Virus record (IMG/VR): IMGVR_UViG_3300009156_000005
Location: 1 to 62,690 of that record
Reading direction: 5' to 3' (one strand)
Source: a virus
DNA: 62,690 nt
Shown here piece after piece: positions 1-7,319 of this stretch. The position numbers were made by a program, and so were the translations under genes. How positions within the stretch are numbered: the stretch's first letter is position 1; each line of letters starts with the position of its first letter. A model generated the notes under the pieces. The model was not told the DNA's origin, did not search any database, and saw only the letters and a program-made list of their open reading frames with translations.

Positions 1-120
1 AGATGATCAAGTCAATCTGGACGCAACGCGCTTTATCCCTTTTACCAATGAAGATGGCGTCTATGACTATATGGCAATCACAGCTACGCCAAAATCCGAT
101 GAGGATCGCGCCGCTATGCG
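1..120. repeat. Terminal direct repeat, left copy (identical to 62571-62690)
   Basis: The first 120 nt (agatgatcaagtcaatctgg...gccgctatgcg) are repeated letter for letter as the last 120 nt. An ORF reads through the junction. Confidence 0.95.
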
Positions 121-223
121 CCCACTGTTTGAAGCCACAGATTGTGTTTGGCAAATGGCAGTTGAGCATGAAGCCGCCACGCTTGATCTTGCCATGCCAA
201 GCGCAGAGCCGGTGCTGTCATGA
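2..223 (+). CDS. 3' part of the wrap-around ORF that starts at 62278 (hypothetical early protein)
   Basis: The frame of the 62278 ORF maps through the repeat onto frame 2 here. It stays open to TGA at 221-223. Confidence 0.6.
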   Translation, partial: DDQVNLDATRFIPFTNEDGVYDYMAITATPKSDEDRAAMRPLFEATDCVWQMAVEHEAATLDLAMPSAEPVLS

Positions 224-474
224 ACACACGACAGGGCATTGTGCGCTTTCCCAACCAGACAGCCGCCATTGCACAGGGCTACTCTTTTCCTGATAAGGGC
301 ATAGACACAGATGTCTCGCCCTACCCGAATGAGGCAAGCGGTATCAAGTGGCAAAATCAGGCCGGTCAAATCACAGTGCCGGTTTGGTTGGATGAATACC
401 AAGATCTAGATCCAGCGCACAAGGGCAAACGCGCCATCGTCGGCATGGTCGTTCAGATGTATCCGCCTAAATAG
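220..474 (+). CDS. Hypothetical protein (84 aa)
   Basis: ATGA start/stop overlap with the upstream wrap-around ORF. The amino-acid composition looks protein-like. Confidence 0.55.
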   Translation: MNTRQGIVRFPNQTAAIAQGYSFPDKGIDTDVSPYPNEASGIKWQNQAGQITVPVWLDEYQDLDPAHKGKRAIVGMVVQMYPPK

Positions 475-502
475 TTATCACATCAAGTAGGGGGGTGGCT
501 CC

Positions 503-554
503 AAAAAAAAGGTGCCGCCCCTTTTTTGACTTTTTCAAAATCGCCTGTACGCGC
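503..554. repeat. About 50-bp conserved element, copy A (A-run, GGTGCCGCCCC, T-runs, AAAATCGCCT); copy B is at 58049-58098
   Basis: aaaaaaggtgccgccccttttttgactttttcaaaatcgcctgtacgcgc aligns with 58049-58098 apart from a few indels and mismatches. Confidence 0.8.
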
Positions 555-578
555 TTTCGCCCACGAGCGCACGAGAAA

Positions 579-716
579 ATTCCCAAATTTCTCCAGCAAA
601 TTATCCCAAAATTTGTTGGCAAATTGCCCGAAAAATATCCCAAAATACTCCAGAAAAATATCCCAAAATTGTCCTGAAAATCTCCAGAAAATCCTGAGTA
701 ATTTATCCCAAAAAAT
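579..716 (+). repeat. Cluster of five TATCCCAAAAT-type direct repeats, interleaved with CTCCAG(A/C)AAA
   Basis: Copies lie at 579 (degenerate), 602, 636, 659 and 704. Spacings are 23, 34, 23 and 45 bp, which are near multiples of a helical turn. Confidence 0.8.
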
Positions 717-957
717 GTAGCAAAAATGCTGCTTGATTTCTTGGAATTATTGTGATAAATTTATGACGAATTCCCAGCAATCATGAGCAGATTTCACCTG
801 GGATTTCTAGCTAAATTACACAGGAAATTGTCCCCATGTTGAGACAGGTCAGCCGGAAAATTCTTGCGGATCAAGTCACGTTCGCAAAAATTTGCCCACA
901 CAAGAGCAAGCCCACACAGGAAAACTCAAATATAACCCTGGCAACCTACCTTATAGA

Positions 958-980
958 GGGGGGGGGAGGGGGGTATCGGG
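958..980 (+). other. G-tract G9-A-G6 followed by a nearby GGG
   Basis: gggggggggaggggggtatcggg lies inside a 985-bp non-coding stretch. Confidence 0.9.
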
Positions 981-1206
981 TGTCCACCTACGCATGTTCG
1001 TGTACTTGTCACACTAACCCCAGAGTCGCCCGCCCTTGTTATGTCAAGTCCAAGCGATTGTGAAATAACTCACAATCAAAATGCAACCTGCGCTAAAATT
1101 ATCGTCACAAAATGTTGCAAAATCTGATACACCCGATTACTTCCGAAAAAAATGTTAGCACTTCAAAAAGTGAAGCTTTTCCTAGTGAAGCACTTTTTGA
1201 TCGTGC

Positions 1207-1242
1207 CGGTGCCGGAAGCACCGCGTTAGACTTCCGGCACCG
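1207..1242 (+). promoter_or_regulatory. 12-bp-stem hairpin CGGTGCCGGAAG / CTTCCGGCACCG
   Basis: Perfect inverted repeat with a 12-nt loop and no U-tract. It lies in the leader region of the island. Confidence 0.6.
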
Positions 1243-1362
1243 GTGCCAAGAGCCAAGCGCCAACCGGCACCAGATCACCGGCAAGCATGGCACGCTCTTT
1301 CTCGTGCCGGTGCCGGTGCCGGAAGCACTGCGCATACATATAGAATGTTATCAAGAATTTAC

Positions 1363-1403
1363 TGTATCAAGATTTGACACATATAAGGATAAAATGTTAT
1401 GAT
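1363..1403 (+). promoter_or_regulatory. Operator-like inverted repeat TGTATCA-N5-TGACACA overlapping a candidate promoter (TTGACA-N18-TATGAT) for the 1460 operon
   Basis: -35 ttgaca at 1374-1379 and -10 tatgat at 1398-1403. The inverted repeat is at 1363-1381. A partial duplicate tgttatcaagaattt lies just upstream. Confidence 0.5.
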
Positions 1404-1459
1404 TTGATTGAAGTACCTTGAAGCGAGAAATACACGAGTGAAAGAAAGAAGAAACACAA

Positions 1460-2593
1460 ATGAGCAATCGACAAGAAGCACTGCAAGCGCAAGCCAAGAG
1501 CATGACAAAAGCAAAAGTGATCAAGCTTTTGGCGGTGCTTGGCGTGCAAGAGATCGTGAAAGTGGGAAGATTTGAAATTGAAGCAACTGTCAACGGAAAG
1601 CGCGGTCAATTTGATCCGCGTGATCTGTGGGTTGAGCTTATGCTTGAGTTTAAGCCACTGTATCAAGAAGCACCGGAAGTCTATACGGAAGCATACTTGA
1701 GTGATGAGGCGATCTTATGGGAGATCGCCAATTATGATATGGCGCGAGAATGGTGCGGTGCCGAAAGTGATAACCGGCAAAGTGATAGGTTGGCACAACT
1801 TTTCGCGCTCTTCCGCCATACTGCCAACCTAAACTTGGAAGTGCAATACTCAGAGATATGTGAATGTATTCTTGACGATCTCTTCCCACTGCCAAGAAAG
1901 AGCGCCAAGCTTCCGGCACCGGTGCAAGAAGAGCAACCGGCACCGGCACCAATCAAGCAATTTTCAATTGATGATCTCGTGCCAACCGGTGATCACTCTT
2001 GGCTCTTGCCAAATGCTATACAGTGCTTGGAGATCAAGCGCACCGGCACCAATGAATACACCGCCATGCTTCCGGCAAGTGATCACGCGGTCACTTGGCC
2101 CATGCCAAGCTTGAAGAGCTTGCTTGTCGTGATGAGTGCTTACATCTCCCAACCGGAAGCGCAACCGGCACCGCTTGACCCAACCGGCATATACGATCAA
2201 GTGGCCTACGATTGGCAAGAGCGCACCTATCAAGTTATCGAGCAAGCACTTGAGCAAGAGCGCACCGCCAAGCTTGCCGATCTCTTGGGTGATCTCGATT
2301 GGCAACCGGCACCGCTTGAGCAAGCCACTTTCGATTGGTTGGCAGTGCCGGAAGCGCCGATCTCATTGTCGTATGCTTCCGCCACGCGTGCCGGTGCTTA
2401 TAACGTGCCGGAAGCTTTCCGCTTGCTTCCCTATCAAGCACCGGAAAGCTTGCTTGAGCGCGTGGCGCGTGCCGGTGATGCTTTTGACCAATGGAGTGAG
2501 GATAACTTTGCGCTCTTCACTCATCCACTTGTGTGCTTTATGTCGTATGCCGGTGTGATCTTTTTGCTCATGTATACGATTTTCAACCGTTAA
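1460..2593 (+). CDS. Hypothetical protein (377 aa) with QPAP repeats and a hydrophobic C-terminal tail
   Basis: Long ORF preceded by a purine-rich leader (gaaagaaagaagaaacacaa). It is the first gene of the island operon. Confidence 0.7.
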   Translation: MSNRQEALQAQAKSMTKAKVIKLLAVLGVQEIVKVGRFEIEATVNGKRGQFDPRDLWVELMLEFKPLYQEAPEVYTEAYLSDEAILWEIANYDMAREWCGAESDNRQSDRLAQLFALFRHTANLNLEVQYSEICECILDDLFPLPRKSAKLPAPVQEEQPAPAPIKQFSIDDLVPTGDHSWLLPNAIQCLEIKRTGTNEYTAMLPASDHAVTWPMPSLKSLLVVMSAYISQPEAQPAPLDPTGIYDQVAYDWQERTYQVIEQALEQERTAKLADLLGDLDWQPAPLEQATFDWLAVPEAPISLSYASATRAGAYNVPEAFRLLPYQAPESLLERVARAGDAFDQWSEDNFALFTHPLVCFMSYAGVIFLLMYTIFNR

Positions 2594-2622
2594 TTTTCTC
2601 ATCACAGAAAGAAGCTTCTTGT

Positions 2623-4338
2623 ATGCCTACCTATCTAGATTCTATTGCACGAAAATACAACTCCGAAAGCAATCATGCTTTCGTGCTATACGGTGCCACG
2701 CGTGATCTCCAATTAGGTCAAAACGGATCACTCTTGATCGAGCAACATTTGATGCAAACACAAGCGGAAGCGCGGATCGTTGTCACGTTTTGCGTAGGTG
2801 CCGGTTGGAAGTTTGCCGGTGATGCTGAAAGAGCCACTTTCAAGCAAATCACCGGCATTGATCAAGCTTCCGGTGATTTTGCCGGTTTGACAAGCAATAG
2901 TGACAGTGATGATCTCCCGATTGACGTGCCAAGCGCCATTGGCTTGATTGATACTGCCATGCGCCAATCAGAGAAAAAAGTTATGCTTGTGCTTGACCGC
3001 GCAGAACTTATCGCACCGGCACAATCCTATGATCGCATGGCACCGTCTGACAAAGCGGTGCTTGCTCTTCTTGGCAAGCTCGCGGTGGATCGTGCCGTGG
3101 AAAGCACCGGCAATATGATCATTATGATCACAGATAACTTGATTGATTTACACGAAAGCTTGCGCTTGGCAAGCTCGCGTTACTTTGCTATCGAGATCAC
3201 ACCGCCAAGCGCGGAAGAGCGCTTGAGCATAGCACAATCTGTTTTTCCCCAACTAGAGGATCGCGGCGTAGTGCTTGAGCTTTCGCCGGAAGCTTTTGCA
3301 AGCGCCACAAGTATGCTAACTCGATATGGATTGATGGACATCGTATTGGACGCACAAGCACAATTGCGCTTGAGCAAGGATCAAGTGAAAGCGGTAAAAG
3401 CTCAAGTGTTATCACAAGAGTATGGTGATGTGCTTGAGCCACTTGAGCCACTGCCAACCGGTTTTGATGCCATCGCGGGATTGGAGCCACTGAAAGAGCT
3501 TTTTGATGAGATCGTCACCAATATGATTGGTGGTGATCTTGGAGATGTGCCAACCGGCATACTTTTTGCCGGTGCCGCGGGATTGGGGAAGTCTTACTTT
3601 ATGCGCGGCGTCGCCGGTGCTTGTGGCTTGCCGGTGATTAATTTTAACGTAGGGCGCTTGCTTGGCTCTTTCGTAGGCCAATCTGAGCGCAACCTAGAGC
3701 GCGCCCTAACTGCCATACGATCCGCGGCACCGTGTATTGTCGTGATTGATGAGATCGAGACAACTTTTCCAGATCGAGCCAATGCCGCGCCAAGTGGCGA
3801 TTCTGGTGTTAGCTCAAGAATACTCAAGCGTATGCTTGAAGAGCTATCCGACCCAAGCAACCGCGGAAAAATTCTGTGGGTTGGCATCACCAATTTTCCC
3901 AATAAGCTTGACGCCGCGCTTTCTCGTGCCGGAAGATTTGACTTGACGGTTGCCATGCTTCCGCCAACCGAACGCGAGCGCTTGGCGCTTTTGATGCTTT
4001 ATGCCAAGAAGTACGCGGTCAACCTGCCATATAACGATCAAATCTTGGAAAGCACCGCCAAGCTCTTGGTTGGCTATACCAATGCCGAAATCGAGAATGT
4101 AGTGAGGAAAGTTAGAGCGCTCTTCAAGACGTATGGCACCGATCAAGCTTGGCAAGAAGCACCCAAGCGCGTACGCGCCAATACACGAGATGTGCAACTC
4201 ATGACTAACTTGGCTCTTTCCGCAGTGAATGACTCAGATATGCTTCCGGTTGAATACATAGACCAATGGCGCAAGATCACCAATCAAGCACCGGAAGCAA
4301 CCGGCACCGGCACCCAAGAGCGCAAGCGCGTTTTTTGA
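2623..4338 (+). CDS. AAA+ ATPase (classical Cdc48/FtsH-type module in the C-terminal half)
   Basis: Walker A GAAGLGKS, Walker B IVVIDEIE, and SRAGRFD arginine-finger region. The ATG at 2623 follows atcacagaaagaagc. Confidence 0.85.
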   Translation: MPTYLDSIARKYNSESNHAFVLYGATRDLQLGQNGSLLIEQHLMQTQAEARIVVTFCVGAGWKFAGDAERATFKQITGIDQASGDFAGLTSNSDSDDLPIDVPSAIGLIDTAMRQSEKKVMLVLDRAELIAPAQSYDRMAPSDKAVLALLGKLAVDRAVESTGNMIIMITDNLIDLHESLRLASSRYFAIEITPPSAEERLSIAQSVFPQLEDRGVVLELSPEAFASATSMLTRYGLMDIVLDAQAQLRLSKDQVKAVKAQVLSQEYGDVLEPLEPLPTGFDAIAGLEPLKELFDEIVTNMIGGDLGDVPTGILFAGAAGLGKSYFMRGVAGACGLPVINFNVGRLLGSFVGQSERNLERALTAIRSAAPCIVVIDEIETTFPDRANAAPSGDSGVSSRILKRMLEELSDPSNRGKILWVGITNFPNKLDAALSRAGRFDLTVAMLPPTERERLALLMLYAKKYAVNLPYNDQILESTAKLLVGYTNAEIENVVRKVRALFKTYGTDQAWQEAPKRVRANTRDVQLMTNLALSAVNDSDMLPVEYIDQWRKITNQAPEATGTGTQERKRVF

Positions 4339-4342
4339 TACA

Positions 4343-4356
4343 CTTATCACGATAAG
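4343..4356. promoter_or_regulatory. Palindrome CTTATC-AC-GATAAG, copy 1
   Basis: The block acacttatcacgataagaa is shared with 6466-6484 and lies immediately upstream of the leader/RBS of the 4371 gene. Confidence 0.7.
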
Positions 4357-4370
4357 AAAGAGGATCACCA

Positions 4371-5603
4371 ATGGATACTTACAATGTCAGTCAAGCACTT
4401 GACACAAACCAGAAAGAGCTTGAGCGCTTGCAAGGCGCTTTTGATGGCATCACCACAGATATAAGCTTGAGCAATAAAGATTGGCGCGAATTGATGGAAA
4501 GCGGTGCGCTCGCGAGCTTGAGCATATCACGATACCGCGGCCACAAGAGTCTATCAAGCGCCGATCTTGGCATCTCCCAAGAAGAGTATAAAGAAGTGGA
4601 AAGCATCGTCTCACTTGGCTTTCGCTTGCTCTTGCCTAAAGCGGTGCTTGGCGCTTTCAATTCTCTGGAAAGCAACGCGCGCCAAGTTTTGCGCCGTTAT
4701 ACGCTGAAAGTGCCAACCGGTTATTTTCTTCCGGCAAGCGCCTATCAAGCTTGTGCCGGTGCCATGCAAGATCACAAGAGCAAATTTGATGCACTTGTGG
4801 CGCAACTGTTAGACGATCTCGATATGCATGAGCGCACTGTCCTAGAGCAATATACGGTGCTTGCCGATCAAGTTTCCACGCGGCTATACAATGCCGGTGT
4901 GATCACGTATGGCGAAAGATGGGAGAAAGCACAAGAATTCAAGGATCGGTGCATGGCTACTTTTCCCACTGCGGAAGAGCTTGCCGATCAATTCTCTTTC
5001 CGCTTGAGCTTGGCTTTCGTGCCGGTGCCGTATCAAGCCAATCAAGAAGCACCGCAGTACGCTCAAGCAAGCGCCGATCTCTTGGCACTGCGCAAAGCGG
5101 TGCTTGAAGAGCAATCACGCGTGCAAGCTCAAGAAGTGACAGGTTTTATCAAAAGCATACAATCGGAAGTCTATGCACTGGTGAATGAAAGCTTGAGCGC
5201 AGTGCTTTCCACGGCACAAGATAAGAGCCATTTACAATCGCGCTCGATTGTCCAATTGCGCGGTCTAATCGAGCGCTTGGGTCAAATGAATTTTTGGGGT
5301 GATGCCAAGCTCGATCTAATCAAGCAAGAGATCACTGCCATACTTGACCGCGAGCCAAGCAAGCGCAATTTTGAGATCGATCAAGCTCTTTTGTCTGCTA
5401 TGCAATCGGAAGTGCAATTGACCCTAAGAAGCATTGGCACCGTGGAACGCGGTGCGCTCGATATGTCGCAACCGGCACCGGCACCAATCAGTATGGCAAC
5501 CGGCACGCGCCAAGAGCCAATCAAAATCGCACCGGCACCGGCACGCTTGCCACTTCCGGCAAGCGCTCTAGCCAACCGCGCCAATAATGGCAAATTATTC
5601 TAA
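4371..5603 (+). CDS. Hypothetical protein (410 aa), possibly DUF3150-like
   Basis: The N-terminal pattern SLSISRYRGHKSLSSADLGI...SLGFRLLLPK...FNSLESNARQVL resembles DUF3150 proteins, which sit beside AAA ATPases in ICEs and phages. This is from memory only. Confidence 0.7.
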   Translation: MDTYNVSQALDTNQKELERLQGAFDGITTDISLSNKDWRELMESGALASLSISRYRGHKSLSSADLGISQEEYKEVESIVSLGFRLLLPKAVLGAFNSLESNARQVLRRYTLKVPTGYFLPASAYQACAGAMQDHKSKFDALVAQLLDDLDMHERTVLEQYTVLADQVSTRLYNAGVITYGERWEKAQEFKDRCMATFPTAEELADQFSFRLSLAFVPVPYQANQEAPQYAQASADLLALRKAVLEEQSRVQAQEVTGFIKSIQSEVYALVNESLSAVLSTAQDKSHLQSRSIVQLRGLIERLGQMNFWGDAKLDLIKQEITAILDREPSKRNFEIDQALLSAMQSEVQLTLRSIGTVERGALDMSQPAPAPISMATGTRQEPIKIAPAPARLPLPASALANRANNGKLF

Positions 5604-5633
5604 TCACCCAATCACAGAAAGAGGATCACAATC

Positions 5634-6107
5634 ATGGCTTGCAATAGTGTAGCAGTTAGCAAGGCGCAAATTGCGCAGATCGCATTGGCGAAAGAAGAGC
5701 TTGTGACGATGCTTTCCAAGCTTCTTGGCATCACTCCGCAAGAAGTACACTTCTTCCAAAAGAATGTAGGGGAAAGAGCGTATACGCATGGCGGAAGTGA
5801 GATCACCATGAAGTACGATTATGCACACGCCGCGTACAGTGGGCGCAAGTATGCCGGTGTAGACTCGATTGCCATCGTACAGCGCGTGGTAAGTGGCAAG
5901 ATCACGCTTGAGCTTTCCGTAAGCACTGACAATTACCATGTCAAGCGCGGTCAAGAAGTGCAAGAAGAGCTTGCACAAGCTTTCGAGCGCCAATCTACAG
6001 TGGCGCAACAAACCACTGTATTGAAGAAGCTCGCGGCTCTTGGCAAGCTTTCTAGCATCACCCAAAAAGATAATGGCGTCACGGCACGTATCGAGATCAC
6101 CCTATAG
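5634..6107 (+). CDS. Hypothetical protein (157 aa), possibly DUF1257-like
   Basis: ORF with the conserved leader caatcacagaaagagg. The C-terminal pattern KKLAALGKLSSITQKDNGVTARIEITL is reminiscent of DUF1257. Confidence 0.6.
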   Translation: MACNSVAVSKAQIAQIALAKEELVTMLSKLLGITPQEVHFFQKNVGERAYTHGGSEITMKYDYAHAAYSGRKYAGVDSIAIVQRVVSGKITLELSVSTDNYHVKRGQEVQEELAQAFERQSTVAQQTTVLKKLAALGKLSSITQKDNGVTARIEITL

Positions 6108-6156
6108 GCCACTGCCAACCGGCACCGGCACCAATCACAGAAAGAAGCTTACAATC

Positions 6157-6396
6157 ATGGCACGCAAGATAACTTTTGACATAGCAATCACCAATGATGG
6201 TCAAATAGGGCTTTTTGCTCGCGGTGATGCAACCGCGGAAGAGGGGAAAAAAGCACTTGAAGCAATTTGGAAAGCGCTTGGCACCCAAGAGATCGAGCTT
6301 TCCGGCATAACGGAAGTAGAGCGCCATACGGACGATCCAAGAGTGCAAGCGGTACACGATTTGACCCACGAACATAATCACAATCACGATCATTAA
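6157..6396 (+). CDS. Small protein (79 aa), possibly DUF2997-like, with a His-rich tail
   Basis: KITFDIAITNDGQIGLFARGD...ALGTQEIEL...TEVE follows the pattern of DUF2997. The leader is caatcacagaaagaagc. Confidence 0.55.
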   Translation: MARKITFDIAITNDGQIGLFARGDATAEEGKKALEAIWKALGTQEIELSGITEVERHTDDPRVQAVHDLTHEHNHNHDH

Positions 6397-6404
6397 AAAG
6401 CACC

Positions 6405-6445
6405 GGCACCGGAAGAGCCAAGCAAGCTCAAGCTCTTCCGGTGCC
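6405..6445 (+). promoter_or_regulatory. 14-bp-stem hairpin GGCACCGGAAGAGC / GCTCTTCCGGTGCC
   Basis: Perfect inverted repeat with a 13-nt loop, located 9 nt after the stop at 6396. There is no T-tract. Confidence 0.6.
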
Positions 6446-6467
6446 ACTGCCAACCAATCAACCTACA

Positions 6468-6481
6468 CTTATCACGATAAG
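6468..6481. promoter_or_regulatory. Palindrome CTTATC-AC-GATAAG, copy 2
   Basis: Same 14-bp palindrome, upstream of the 6503 gene. Confidence 0.7.
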
Positions 6482-6502
6482 AAGAAAGAAGCATCACCAA
6501 TC

Positions 6503-6799
6503 ATGGCAATTGACCAATGGGGCAACATAGAAATCAAGCTTGAGCGCCAATTATGGCAACCGGCGATCTACGCAATCATGGCGGAAGTGTTTGCGGTCGA
6601 TCAATACGATCTTGAGCTTGAGGCGGAAGTGGAAGATACCTATATTCTCTATACTGCGCAACCGGAAGAAGATATACTTTTTGCAGTGTCAACCAATGCC
6701 GATCTCACTTCCGATCTCACTATAGAATTTTGTGGTGATGATCCAAGCTCTTTCGATAGCAAGGCGCTTGAAAGCAAGCTTGCTCGCGCAGTGGCCTAA
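6503..6799 (+). CDS. Acidic hypothetical protein (98 aa)
   Basis: ORF whose leader is shared with the other island genes. Confidence 0.6.
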   Translation: MAIDQWGNIEIKLERQLWQPAIYAIMAEVFAVDQYDLELEAEVEDTYILYTAQPEEDILFAVSTNADLTSDLTIEFCGDDPSSFDSKALESKLARAVA

Positions 6800-6853
6800 T
6801 CACCGGCACCAATCACCCTAACATTGATCTCTTCACAGAAAGAAGCTTTCCCA

Positions 6854-7021
6854 ATGCAAATTATGACTAACTCAGAGAAATTGACCCAAGTGGCTTTCGA
6901 TGGCGCAATCTATCTTGCCGGTGCGCTTGGCTATTGGTTTCCGTGGGCCTGTAAACTCCAATACGTGATTTGGCACGCCGCGCATATCTGCGGTGTATAC
7001 GTCACCGGTGGAGTAGGCTAA
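6854..7021 (+). CDS. Small hydrophobic protein (55 aa)
   Basis: The ATG at 6854 follows cacagaaagaagctttccca. It is the last ORF before a strong terminator. Confidence 0.45.
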   Translation: MQIMTNSEKLTQVAFDGAIYLAGALGYWFPWACKLQYVIWHAAHICGVYVTGGVG

Positions 7022-7069
7022 ACTGCCAACCGGCACAAGCCACTATCAAGCACAATAGAATAAGCACCC

Positions 7070-7107
7070 AAGAGCTTGCAAGCGCCCACTTGCAAGCTCT
7101 TCTTTTT
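7070..7107 (+). terminator. Intrinsic terminator at the end of the island operon
   Basis: 13-bp stem AAGAGCTTGCAAG / CTTGCAAGCTCTT with a 6-nt loop, followed by cTTTTT. Confidence 0.8.
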
Positions 7108-7290
7108 GGCTCTTCCGGCACTGCCAAGCATCACCCCAAAAAGCGCCGATCTCATCACCCCAACTATACCGCCAATCACCAATGCTTTCTACGGTGCCGT
7201 ATAAGCTCGATTTCTAGGTCACTACGCCACTTTCTACCATGCTTATGATGATTTTGACCTAGAGCTTTTTTTGCTATGCTTCTTGCGCTT

Positions 7291-7319
7291 CTTTTTGGAG
7301 TATCATTTACTGCTACACT
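7291..7319 (+). promoter_or_regulatory. Operator/promoter-like motif AGTATCA-N5-TGCTACA with a TACACT -10 box
   Basis: agtatcatttactgctacact at 7299-7319 matches the motif at 59515, 62200, 22394 and 53577. The -35 position is weak. Confidence 0.4.

Noticed and set aside
1-120. Treating the 120-bp terminal repeat as a proven physical direct terminal repeat
   Set aside because: An exact end overlap is equally what an assembler produces for a circular or circularly permuted molecule. The sequence alone cannot distinguish the two.
495-720. ORFs 495-677 and 526-720 as small proteins
   Set aside because: They are two overlapping frames across the TATCCCAAAAT repeats and give low-complexity IPK / SQN periodic peptides. 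Neither has a convincing ribosome-binding site.
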